64,000 bases of DNA from Tetramitus jugosus. Its lineage: Eukaryota; Protista; Heterolobosea. Location: contig OW569381.1 of assembly GCA_937625935.1 (NCBI GenBank), positions 1-64,000 of the forward strand, given 5' to 3'. The notes under the pieces were generated by a model. That model did not search any database, was not told the DNA's origin, and worked only from the letters and a program-made list of their open reading frames with translations. The translations under genes were made by a program, and so were the position numbers. The stretch's first letter is position 1. Each line of letters opens with the position of its first letter. This document shows positions 1 through 9,979 of the stretch, in pieces.

Positions 1-965
1 CAAACACCAAACCCAAACCCAAACCCAAACCCAAACCCAAACCCAAACCCAAACCCGAAACCCAAACCAAACCCAAAACCCAAACCCAAACCCAAACCCA
101 AACCCAAACCCAAACCCAAACCCAAACCCAAACCCAAACCCAAACCCAAACCCAAACCCAAACCCAAACCCAAACCCAAACCCAAACCCAAACCCAAACC
201 CAAACCCAAACCCAAACCCAAACCCAAACCCAAACCCAAACCCAAACCCAAACCCAAACCCAAACCCAAACCCAAACCCAAACCCAAACCCAAACCCAAA
301 CCCAAACCCAAACCCAAACCCAAACCCAAACCCAAACCCAAACCCAAACCCAAACCCAAACCCAAACCCAAACCCAAACCCAAACCCAAACCCAAACCCA
401 AACCCAAACCCAAACCCAAACCCAAACCCAAACCCAAACCCAAACCCAAACCCAAACCCAAACCCAAACCCAAACCCAAACCCAAACCCAAACCCAAACC
501 CAAACCCAAACCCAAACCCAAACCCAAACCCAAACCCAAACCCAAACCCAAACCCAAACCCAAACCCAAACCCAAACCCAAACCCAAACCCAAACCCAAA
601 CCCAAACCCAAACCCAAACCCAAACCCAAACCCAAACCCAAACCCAAACCCAAACCCAAACCCAAACCCAAACCCAAACCCAAACCCAAACCCAAACCCA
701 AACCCAAACCCAAACCCAAACCCAAACCCAAACCCAAACCCAAACCCAAACCCAAACCCAAACCCAAACCCAAACCCAAACCCAAACCCAAACCCAAACC
801 CAAACCCAAACCCAAACCCAAACCCAAACCCAAACCCAAACCCAAACCCAAACCCAAACCCAAACCCAAACCCAAACCCAAACCCAAACCCAAACCCAAA
901 CCCAAACCCAAACCCAAACCCAAACCCAAACCCAAACCCAAACCCAAACCCAAACCCAAACCCAA
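1..965. repeat. Telomere, (CCCAAA)n / (TTTGGG)n
   Basis: About 160 near-perfect CCCAAA hexamers from the first base, C-rich strand on + as expected at a left chromosome end; abrupt junction to unique sequence at 966. Confidence 0.97.
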
Positions 966-1257
966 GTCAAAATCCATTTTTTCATCAATGTCACGAAATC
1001 ATCTCAAAATCAATTTTTATGCAGGAATACAATGTCAACCATTGTAATTTTGTATCGAACTTCTTCTTCATTCATATTACTACATCATGAAACCTCCTGT
1101 TGTTTGCTTTTTGTCTCACTCTCTGTGCCGAGTACAACTGCCGTTGTATTTCAAGGTTCAACTCCTTCACACTCTTCTATAATATTTCTGTTGCTGTGTT
1201 GTATTCCTTCTTACTCCGTTACAATCACCTCATTGGTCGAAATTCTTCGCTGGAATC

Positions 1258-1582
1258 AAAAAGCTCCACTGACAATTGACCTGAGAAGAACAAGTGGAGC
1301 CAAATAGCTCCACCAGAAATACTCTTCCTACCATGAGAAAGCTCCACCAGAAAAAGCTCAGTCACTGGAGAAAAGCTCCTCAGTAATTTCAGGTGGAGCC
1401 ATGACAATTTTTGCCTGAGAAAAACAGGTGGAGCCAAAAAGCTCCACCAGAAAAAAGCTGCCTAAGAGGAGAAAGCTCCACCAATAAAATTAGGCAGAGC
1501 CAAAAAGCTCCACCAGAAAAAAGCTCAGTTGCAGAAGAAAAACTCCTTAGTCATTTTAGGTGGAGCTTTTTAGCTCCACTGG
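1258..1582. repeat. Subtelomeric cluster of AGCTCCAC / GTGGAGC direct and inverted motifs
   Basis: About 10 copies of (A)AAGCTCCAC(CAG) variants plus inverted GTGGAGC; three GTGGAGC-N5/6-GCTCCAC palindromes near 1293, 1428 and 1560. Confidence 0.8.
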
Positions 1583-1717
1583 AAACCCAACTTGAAACCC
1601 AACTGGATACATGTACTTCGCAGTACAGTTCAACAACAACAACATATTTTTTATTGATAAGCTTAGTTTGAGGGTTTCAGAGCATGACAAACACGATGTG
1701 TACTATTTCATACAACG

Positions 1718-2275
1718 ACGGGTTTGGGTTATACAATATTGGTTTGCCTTTATGTCACAACCCAAACCCCAACCCTTTAAAAGATGGATGGAGACAGATT
1801 GAACCTCTGACAGGCATTCTCAATGTAAATAACTTCAGAACCAATAGATTACGAACAGATATGATCATTAGGACGCAGAAATGCTCTGAGTCCTGAACAG
1901 TCAAGAAGAAAAAAGGTTGGGTAAGGGTTTATACACTGGTTGAGGGACAAGTCAACCCTAAATGTACTTTTGACATAAATAATTTGCGATTCAACAGAGA
2001 TGCAATTGAAGGTACATTGAATGGCTATAGAGCTCCGAACGACCTATTCTACCAGATAAAATCAAAAAGAAAAAGGGTGGGTGGGGTTTGGGTTTATATG
2101 CTGGGTGGAGGAAAACTGAACCTAAATCTTTTTTCAACAGAACTGACTTGTGCTCCAATACCGATACGATTGAAAGCTAATAAACCTCTCTCTCTTTTCA
2201 AATCCAAAAAATTTCAATTGGAAAGGTTGGGTTCGGGCTTGTATGCTGGTTGGAGGAGATGTCACTCTAAAGTGC
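1718..2275. repeat. Degenerate subtelomeric repeat with reverse-oriented telomere-like GGTTGGGTTTGGGTTT cores
   Basis: Motif ggttgggt..gggYttRtaYRctggKtgR recurs at ~1916, ~2078 and ~2225 (about 150-160 bp period); a related copy lies at ~1720. Confidence 0.6.
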
Positions 2276-3239
2276 ATTCCTTAAGTGCAGAAGCTCAAAG
2301 TTCAGCAGGCATGCTATTGGAGGCAATAGATACATCAGAGGTAAGCCAATTCTTTCAACATCTAGTGTTTAAAACAAGGTTTTGCAACAGACCTACTCTT
2401 CTGTCATCTCTTCCTGATAAACAAAAACAGTTGGAGTGGTGAGCTCTGGGAAAGGTTTTTAGGCGAGAGACTTGTAGTGCAATAGAAATACAGCGAAAAA
2501 AATCCATTGGAGAGAATCCTGGAGTCATACGATAGCAAAAACCTTGTATTTACCAGACAGTATCAATAACATCCTCTTGCATGTTGTCTTCAATTCATAA
2601 GTATCAATAGTTAATTGTTTTTAGCTCATTGTACCTTCGAAAGTAGGCAAGTTGTATGTAGCAGATTCGAACTAACAGAGAATCAATCAGAAACAGTTCC
2701 GTTGTTTCAGTTCGGGATAAAGAATGTTCTGATCAGCTGAATCGGATTGTAAAACAGAGGTTTGTATAACGTAGAGTGATAAACAAAATTGTACTTGGCA
2801 ATGTGTTCATAAGAGGACTTCATTATATAGTAGTGATTAAACTCGCTTTCTAGCTCATCCATACAAAGCTACAAGTATAGAAAAGGGTATTGAGTCCATT
2901 GAAAGGGTCTTCCGGTCATTCCAACAAGAATCTGACTCGATTCTTAGAAAAATCTAGAATTGATCAAAAAAAATAGTTAGACTTATCTTTGGAGCGAGCA
3001 GAGGCAGAAAAAATCAGGAAGTCATGCATTGTTCGCTTGAAGCTCACAAAGCAAAGAAATCTATCCTGTTATGCATTGCTCGCTGATGCTCGCAAAGCAT
3101 CCGCTTTTTTCTATAACGCCTGCGTCTTACGCCGCAGGCAAATTCCTTAGGGTTGGGTTTTGCCAAAAAAAATTTCATAAGCCCAAACTCAACCCTGACT
3201 ACAAAAAAAAACACCAAAATGCTCCTTTCAAGGAGCTCT

Positions 3240-3602
3240 TTACAATAGAAGGAGTTGTAAGTGGGATGGGAACTGGTTTACGAAAACCCCAAACCCAAAC
3301 CCAACCCATTCATAGCTGAGACGAGTGTCAAACTTGTACTGGTACACATTGACTGACAAACCCAGGTTCAATGATTGCACTTCAGCCTTTTTGACAATCA
3401 AATCTCTGTCGACGTGAGCAGAGGTGGAGATTGCCACAACGACCAAACTGTAAACCCTGTCTCGATGTCTTTCCATTGTCTTCATCACATTATCCAACTC
3501 TATGGACACAGAGTTCATGTGACACACGAGCACCCAACTGCCACTCGGGAATTGATCACTGAAAGTTGTCACTTGTTTCACCGCCTCGCGTCGCAAGCCC
3601 AT
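3240..3602 (-). CDS. Hypothetical protein, possibly truncated at the interstitial telomere tract
   Basis: ATG-initiated 120 aa ORF starting just downstream of the 3615-4479 gene; its tail (VGFGFGVF) is read-through of telomere-like DNA. Confidence 0.3.
   Translation of the reverse strand: MGLRREAVKQVTTFSDQFPSGSWVLVCHMNSVSIELDNVMKTMERHRDRVYSLVVVAISTSAHVDRDLIVKKAEVQSLNLGLSVNVYQYKFDTRLSYEWVGFGFGVFVNQFPSHLQLLLL
3284..3307. repeat. Short interstitial telomere-like tract
   Basis: aaaaccccaaacccaaacccaaccc, same orientation as the terminal array. Confidence 0.75.
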
Positions 3603-3614
3603 GTCCCGTTCGAT

Positions 3615-4479
3615 TCAAGGCTTGAGGTATTCGGCGCCCTTCAGTCCAATCTGCCCCACCTGATAATAGTGCACGACAGAACTGAATATGGGCTTTGGAA
3701 CCATGAGGTCGCCAGTCACAAAGTCGGTCACGACCGAGAGAACACCATTCTTCATGTCTGCTTGGGTGGCACCCATCGACACATACATGAGACCACCGAC
3801 AGCTGCAATCTGAAGGGCGTGACGAATCGTGTCTGGATCCGTTGCCCAGTTCCACAGTTTGCTCCACACAGACTGTTCATTGATGTTGCTCTTGGCAACC
3901 ATCAGCATGGCATCAATCATGAGGTTGAGTGTTTGCTGATTGGCATTGCTGGCACTCACAGACTTGGAAGAGTAAGCAAACAGGTGCATCAAGAATGGGT
4001 TTTCCGTGTGAAGGAACAAACCGGATTCAAACTTGGGGACAACAAACTGCTCCGACTTTCGAAAGTACCTCCAGATTGAGTTGTCTGCCACCGGTGGTTC
4101 AGTGTTCATCGTGTACAGAACAATCAAGTCACCATCTTGTTTGAGCTTCTGAATGCGCCTCATCAATACAGTGTCAGTCTTGTGCTCCACGTATGGCACA
4201 TATACCAAGTGCAACACAGTGTGTGCCGAGGAATGTGATTCGGTTTGTGCTTCCTCCAAACTCATGACAGAACACTTGATGGAGGCAAGCAACTGAAACG
4301 AGTGAACAAACTGGTCCATTATCTTGTCTTGCGAAGCACCCGAGTGTTGGCTACGAAACAGAACCAATCGATCCAATTTGGTTTGCAACGTTTGCAAGGT
4401 CTCATAATGCTTAACAGCAATACGCTGCGTGGAGGAATCAATCCATACCAATCGACACTCGAGTTCTCGTTTCTTCATG
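3615..4479 (-). CDS. Hypothetical protein (~288 aa)
   Basis: Long ORF with protein-like composition, first ATG near MKKRELEC; no recognised motif; start coordinate approximate. Confidence 0.55.
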
Positions 4480-4529
4480 TCCTTTATTTTGACAAAGAAG
4501 TGATCAATACAGGGCACACGACGGGGGTA

Positions 4530-4920
4530 GTTGACTGTGAGTCATTCTTTGAAGCAGCAGCCAAAACAGTGACAGTCAAGGTGTTGAATGACAAACAAGA
4601 GATTGACTTGTGGTCGTTGCAAGTAACAGAGAGATTGAGTTCTGACTTGGAAAGAAAGGAAGCGACACTCTGTGATGAGCACGCACTGGAAGAGAGAATA
4701 AAATTTTGAGACTTGCAAAACACCAGTTCATTGTTTGACAAAACAACAGTTCAGGGTTTGACCATTTTCAGAGTTGGTGATTGAGTGTTGCTTCACAAGA
4801 GTTTGACCTGAGGTGTTACTCCATCAAAGAGGTGATTGAAGCCAAGACACTTGAAGCAGTGAAGAATCGAATCCGGGTTTTGCAATCACATGATGTTAAC
4901 TCTCTGGTGTTGACTCGTCA
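4530..4920 (-). pseudogene. Possible decayed ankyrin-repeat fragments
   Basis: Minus-strand pieces such as LQRPQVNL and AASKND resemble those at 6620-7650; frames broken. Confidence 0.25.
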
Positions 4921-4942
4921 ACGATTATTGCCTCACGAGCTT

Positions 4943-5185
4943 TGTGAGTGCCACTCGATTCGAAGGGATGGCATTCAAGCCTCTGTGATTTTAAGCCGCA
5001 AATTGACTGATCACCATTCAAACAAGAAAAACTTAAAGAAGGAACCAAAGACTGAAAAATCAAATTGCAAGCTGACTACCATTGGAATTGATCCATGGAT
5101 TGTCACCCTATTGACTTCTTCAGACAGTGAGGGCAACAACTGGGAGTTCTCAAACAGACAGTATCAGACAATGTCTCATCACTAG
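4943..5185 (+). pseudogene. Fanzor/TnpB-like RNA-guided nuclease remnant (RuvC-I region)
   Basis: HSIRRDGIQASVIL (cf. Fanzor1 SIxTDGxxxS), Lys-rich linker, TTIGIDPW.VTLLTSSD (RuvC-I GxDPG), then FSNRQYQ (cf. SxxQY); stop soon after, no RuvC-II/III. Confidence 0.65.
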
Positions 5186-5438
5186 CTTCGCACATGGAAG
5201 TAGTATAGCTGGTAGCTCGTCCGAAAGGCGCACCTTGGAGGCATCGTTTGTTTTTTTGCTGATGACTCTATCTTATGTTGCATGGATTGTGTCGCTCGTG
5301 CGTTGTAATTAAGATGACAGCTTTTTTGTGTTGGACATTCCTTTTGGAACAATACAATGAAATTAATGCGTAGTAACCCCCCTTTAATTTTTTCAATGTG
5401 CATGATAGATGCTGATGGCATGCAACAAATCATCGAAA

Positions 5439-6278
5439 CTAAGAACATCCAACTCCAGTGGTAATGCCTTGATTTTGACCAGTGACACATTGATTCGCAC
5501 CCTGGACTAAGCCACTGTTTGCAGCAGTAGTACCACAGCAACTGTAATCAGTAGAACTAAAGCAATCACCTCTTCCTGGGCAGTAGTTGGGAGCAAGGCA
5601 ATTGCACAGATGGTTTCCAGTCAAACACTTGTATTGCGATAGAACATAACATTGGCTACCGCAAAGAGCTTGCCCTGTGCCACAAGAAGAAGGAGGTGGA
5701 GGTGGAGGAGCACCGGAAATCAGAGACAGTAATCCGTTACTGCATTCATAGACTGTTGGATCGAAGCACGAAATTCCACACAACTGGGTATTAATAGGAC
5801 AAATAGTGGATCCGCTCAAACAGACATGAGTGGCTGGATTGAAACACAAACCTTGAGTACCACAAGTTCCTGTTCCACATGTTCCTGGAGGGATTGGAGT
5901 CACAACTCCATTTACACATCGGCTGGCAGTAGGATCGTAACAGGTAGAACCACAGAGGCTAGATGTGATCGGACAGATGGTATTCTGAATACAGCGCTTC
6001 ACAGTAGGATCGTAACAGGTTGAACCACAAACATTGAATGTAATTGGACAACTGGTGTCCATTGGGGGAATGCATCGAAAGAGAGTAGGGTTGTAGCATA
6101 CGGTGCCACAAAGACTTTGGAAGATAAAACAGAGATGGTTTCCTGGTAAACAGCGCTTGAGGAGCGGATTGTAGCACTCAGTACCGCAAGTGGCTGGTTG
6201 GCCAGTAGGACACACAGCACGAGTATAAACCAACATTGCAGCAAGGGCAACGAGGAACAAAGAGATCGAGAATTTCAT
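5439..6278 (-). CDS. Secreted Cys-rich protein built of CGxxCY(D/N)P repeats (CBM52/Carb_bind-like beta-glucan-binding modules)
   Basis: Signal peptide MKFSISLFLVALAAMLVYTRA; about 7 repeats of CGxxCYdPxxxxCxxxxxCP; no catalytic domain. Confidence 0.8.
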   Translation of the reverse strand: MKFSISLFLVALAAMLVYTRAVCPTGQPATCGTECYNPLLKRCLPGNHLCFIFQSLCGTVCYNPTLFRCIPPMDTSCPITFNVCGSTCYDPTVKRCIQNTICPITSSLCGSTCYDPTASRCVNGVVTPIPPGTCGTGTCGTQGLCFNPATHVCLSGSTICPINTQLCGISCFDPTVYECSNGLLSLISGAPPPPPPSSCGTGQALCGSQCYVLSQYKCLTGNHLCNCLAPNYCPGRGDCFSSTDYSCCGTTAANSGLVQGANQCVTGQNQGITTGVGCS

Positions 6279-6619
6279 TTGTGGTGTTTGGTTTTGTGAG
6301 TTGGTGTGTTTGGTGTTCAGTTCCAAGACTTAAATAGTGCTATCGATTGGTCTCTTCAAGGGTTGATCAAAACGATTCAGATCGACGGAGTTTCGATTTA
6401 GTCACAAAGGAATCATTCTGAATTTCAGTCAGGCACCGAAAACAGTTTTGTATTTCTTGTCACTTCATGATCGTATTTCCGAAAAAGGCATCTTTTATGA
6501 TGGTGAACACAACTACTCCATTCTTTACTGGTTTCACGGAAGTGACTTGATCTGTCAACTTCATCTCTGAAGCACATCCCGAGTGCGATCTTTCACGACA
6601 TGGTCGGATTCTATCCTGC

Positions 6620-7650
6620 ATGCATAGTATCAGAAAGAGACAACCAAATTTTGGCCCTCGAAAGTGGCAATCCAGGCTTTGCACTTTTCAGAGTTGGTCA
6701 TCGAATCATGATCAAGTGCTCCTTCGAAGGATTGACTCCTGAGTTTTGAATCAATGATTGGCCCTTGAGTACTGAACCAACAGAGATTGACTCCCGAGTT
6801 TTGGATCGCAAGAGAATGACTCCATGGTTCAACGAGTTCAAACAATATCTCGATGAAAAATGTTTCTTTCGTGCATGTGCATCAAACCAAGTAACAATTG
6901 GTTCATCCATTGTTGTATATTTCGATTCGTGTATCGGTTCATATTCTTGAGTGATTCCACCAACCCCACACATGGACTCACCACCATCTTCGTAAAAGAG
7001 TCGAGAGAATGAAGGGATTGAGTCCAAGGTTTTGCTTCATGAACAAGGTGCTTCAGAGTTTGTGATCAAAGTGTTGCACGAGTGTTGCTTCATCAAGAGT
7101 TTGGCCCTCAAAGTGTCGAGTCAGCAAAGAATGCTTCTTTGAATCGAGGAATGAATGAAGAGATTGATTCCCGGGTTTCAATCATACAAGGTGCTGAGTG
7201 ACCAACAGGAGGTTGACATCCAACTTTGCAATCAACGGAGATTGACTCTTGGAGTGTTGAGCAAGTGAAGAGATTGACTCCGGATTTTGAGTGGAGAGAA
7301 GGGGTTCATTCACCATCAAGAGATTGACACTCGAGGAGTGAATGATGAGATTGACTCCTTGTCAACTTTGCAATCAAGAAAGGATTGATTTTGGAGTGTT
7401 GAAGAGTGAGCCACCATTCAACTTTGTGGACACTTGAATCGAGTTGAGTTGGAGACGAAGAATGAAAGAATGACTCCTAACTCTAGGTTGTGGAGTGAAA
7501 GATTGACTCACAACTTTGTAGCCGCAGGTTGAGAGTGGTGAGAAGGCGAAGCCCTTGAGAAGAAAATTTTTGACAACATGGATGCACCAAGGCAAGGTGG
7601 CTGACACTCGGTTGTTGATGAAACCCAACCTCTGAACCGAGGCGTTGAGT
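6620..7650 (-). pseudogene. Heavily decayed ankyrin-repeat gene
   Basis: Recurrent + strand GAGATTGACTCC motif reads on the minus strand as LIQNSGVNPS, cf. amoebal ankyrin LLxDPRVDPS; also IHVVKNFLL; many stops and frameshifts. Confidence 0.45.
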
Positions 7651-7759
7651 GACCAAGCAAGTGAAGAGTGGGTGTGCTTCCTGACAGGTTTTGCAACAAT
7701 TTTGTATTCATCTGTTATTTCTTACTCCTTCTGTTACTTACTGAAAAGCGAGTACACGA

Positions 7760-8178
7760 ACAGTACAGATTTCCGACATGACCTATCATACGAGAACAAG
7801 ATTATCATTGGAAACTATTCAAGGCAAAATCCAAGGCTCGAGCGTTGTTCACAACACGGATCATTTGACCTACCATGGACTTGCATACGTTCTTCAACAA
7901 ACCTGCCTTGTTACAGTAGTCTCCCTTTGTCTCCTCATGCAAAATCTGTTGTCCATATCTCTTGATTCCCTCAACAACAACTTGACATACTTGACATGTA
8001 GAAAGGGATGAATCACCCATTGGATCTACTTGAAGCCTCTCTTTGCTTCTTCTCTTGAGAGCTTGCTTCTTGTTTAAGAACTGCTTCTTGTTGAAGCTTC
8101 TTATTGGTCGGAGTTTTTGTTGGGCAGCAAATTGGCGCGCAGATACCTCCAAAGGAGATTCAGTTCCTCTTCTGTTCA
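7760..8178 (-). pseudogene. Saposin-B (amoebapore-like) domain protein, apparently disrupted
   Basis: TCQVCQVVV...YCNKAGLLKNVCKSMV gives four saposin cysteines; the last two (SCSRM...LYC) lie in frame beyond TGA TAA. Confidence 0.5.
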
Positions 8179-8395
8179 TTACCCTCAATTTATGTTCGTT
8201 ATTGTCGTTTTGCTTTGCAAATGTCAACCTTGGAACAACGCGACACAACGCAAAACGCTACGCACCGCAACTCAATTAAATATTGTAGACAGTCAATTTA
8301 CTGTCCATACCAAAGAGTTTACAACGCGAGAATTACGTATGGTCGGAATAACCGAAAGTTTCCAAATCATCCCTTCTTCCAAATCTACCCACTGA

Positions 8396-8935
8396 TCAAT
8401 AAGGTTCAATCGCATCATTTTTCATCATGAAACATCCAGCATTAGGTACTTGAGCTTTTCTATCCACAATAAGTATACTAGCATTGGTGCTCTGTGTAAA
8501 GTGGTGCATATTGATCTGTAGATTAACTATTCTAGTGTCGAGATCAGTGAGATAAAATTTGACTTTTTGGACAGCTTTCTGCTTCTGATAAAATACAGCA
8601 TTCTGGAGATAATTTCTATTCAAACCAGGACTAGTCCATCCATAAGGATAGGATATCAATGGATCTAGTGTCAATTCAGTAAACACCGTACACCTGTTCT
8701 GCAGCACGTCACAATACTGTACTTTCTTATCTAGCCATTTTCTATATCTGGATATATGTGGCAATGCTTCGTCAAGGGTAGATCCTCGTTGGTGAACACG
8801 GTACTCTAGTTGTTCCGTAAATCCCTCTTGGTGCTGTGGTTGAGGTGACAACTTTACTGAAACCACAGTCAGATATACCCAAGTTATCATTTGAGTCACT
8901 ACCAGAGTTAATTGAGGGAAGAAAGCTTTATCCAT
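8396..8935 (-). CDS. Hypothetical protein with hydrophobic N-terminus
   Basis: About 179 aa from MDKAFFPQLTLVV; no recognised domain. Confidence 0.4.
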   Translation of the reverse strand: MDKAFFPQLTLVVTQMITWVYLTVVSVKLSPQPQHQEGFTEQLEYRVHQRGSTLDEALPHISRYRKWLDKKVQYCDVLQNRCTVFTELTLDPLISYPYGWTSPGLNRNYLQNAVFYQKQKAVQKVKFYLTDLDTRIVNLQINMHHFTQSTNASILIVDRKAQVPNAGCFMMKNDAIEPY

Positions 8936-9345
8936 GATGTTGGTTTTCTGGTATCTTGGAGAACAACCAACACCATGGGGTGGGTGATTTCTGTCGGCCA
9001 AAAAAGTTTGTATTCCATCTACGATTGTTCAGTGTCCACTCGAACATCTTGCTCTGCAATTTGAAGCCAACAGTATTCCTCGATATTTTGGACTTGCATG
9101 TATGGCAAGGAAGTCAATGATCCAAAAGGTTAGCAAAAAGAGTACAAGAATATCAGGTTTTAACAACGCAAGAGAAATCAATTCTCTTGAAGACTGAAGA
9201 AAAATTCGGTTCAACCTCGAAGAGCAAAAAGGATTCATAACAAACATTGAGTTGTAACTGTCGTTGCTGTGTTGTTTAGTACTATGTCATTACGAATAAT
9301 CCCGCGCTGAGATTCATGGTGTCTGTAAACTGGTCGAGGATTGAA

Positions 9346-9700
9346 TTATAGGTGATTTTCTAAATAATTCATCATTGCCTGACTCCAGTCAACACTGCTT
9401 GCATCTAAAGCTCTCTCTAAGATTCTGACAGAAGACGCAGGAGCCTTATGAAAATCAAAGGTGGTAATGCTGGAATCAAACTGTTGTCTAAAATTTCTGA
9501 CAGCATCTCTAATAGCCATGAATGCACTTGAACTCAAAATCAATGGCGGCTCTCCAACAGCTTTGGATGAGAGTAATGGAGTGTTAGGTGACATAGTTTC
9601 CACACTAGGATCAGATAGAGCCTCAGTGACAACATGACCCTTCGGCCACATTTCAACAATAAACTCTTGAGGAATCATCTTTGCTGATGGTATCTTGTAT
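9346..9700 (-). pseudogene. Xanthine dehydrogenase/aldehyde oxidase C-terminal fragment
   Basis: YKIPSAKMIPQEF...SSKAVGEPPLILSSS.F.AIRDAV...APAS..RI matches the extreme C-terminus of XDH; the rest of the gene is absent. Confidence 0.85.
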
Positions 9701-9979
9701 TACCACCATCATATGCTAGATTAATTCAAATCCTGAACCGGTGGGTATGACGCGTCAAGCTGAAAAGGTTGACCCAACTGATGACAACCAGAACCCAAGC
9801 CATCGTCTTCTGTCACAAATGACAGATTTTGAAGTTTCGCTTACAATGAACGTCACAGTCGTCTTTTTTTAACCCGCTTTCGAAGGCGATGATGTCACGA
9901 TTTCTCCCCTTTACAACTCTTTTGGCCACGTCTCATCTGTGTGAAAAAACCAACAAGAAAACAATTGAAGTCCTCCAGA

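Noticed and set aside
1-80. Variant telomere units at the extreme end
   Set aside because: Most likely low-coverage consensus errors at the contig tip.
1032-2442. ORFs in the subtelomeric repeats (e.g. SQKAPPEKS repeats)
   Set aside because: They are translations of DNA motifs present in both orientations and several frames; no protein features.
966-3307. Telomere-specific retrotransposon, Helitron end or telomerase RNA gene
   Set aside because: No RT or Rep/helicase ORF; the hairpin at 3118-3139 lacks a clean CTRR terminus; telomere-like tracts alone do not identify a template.
7790-7810. Stop-codon reassignment suggested by in-frame stops in the saposin ORF
   Set aside because: Conserved genes in the window end at TAA, TAG and TGA and have no internal stops, so the standard code applies.
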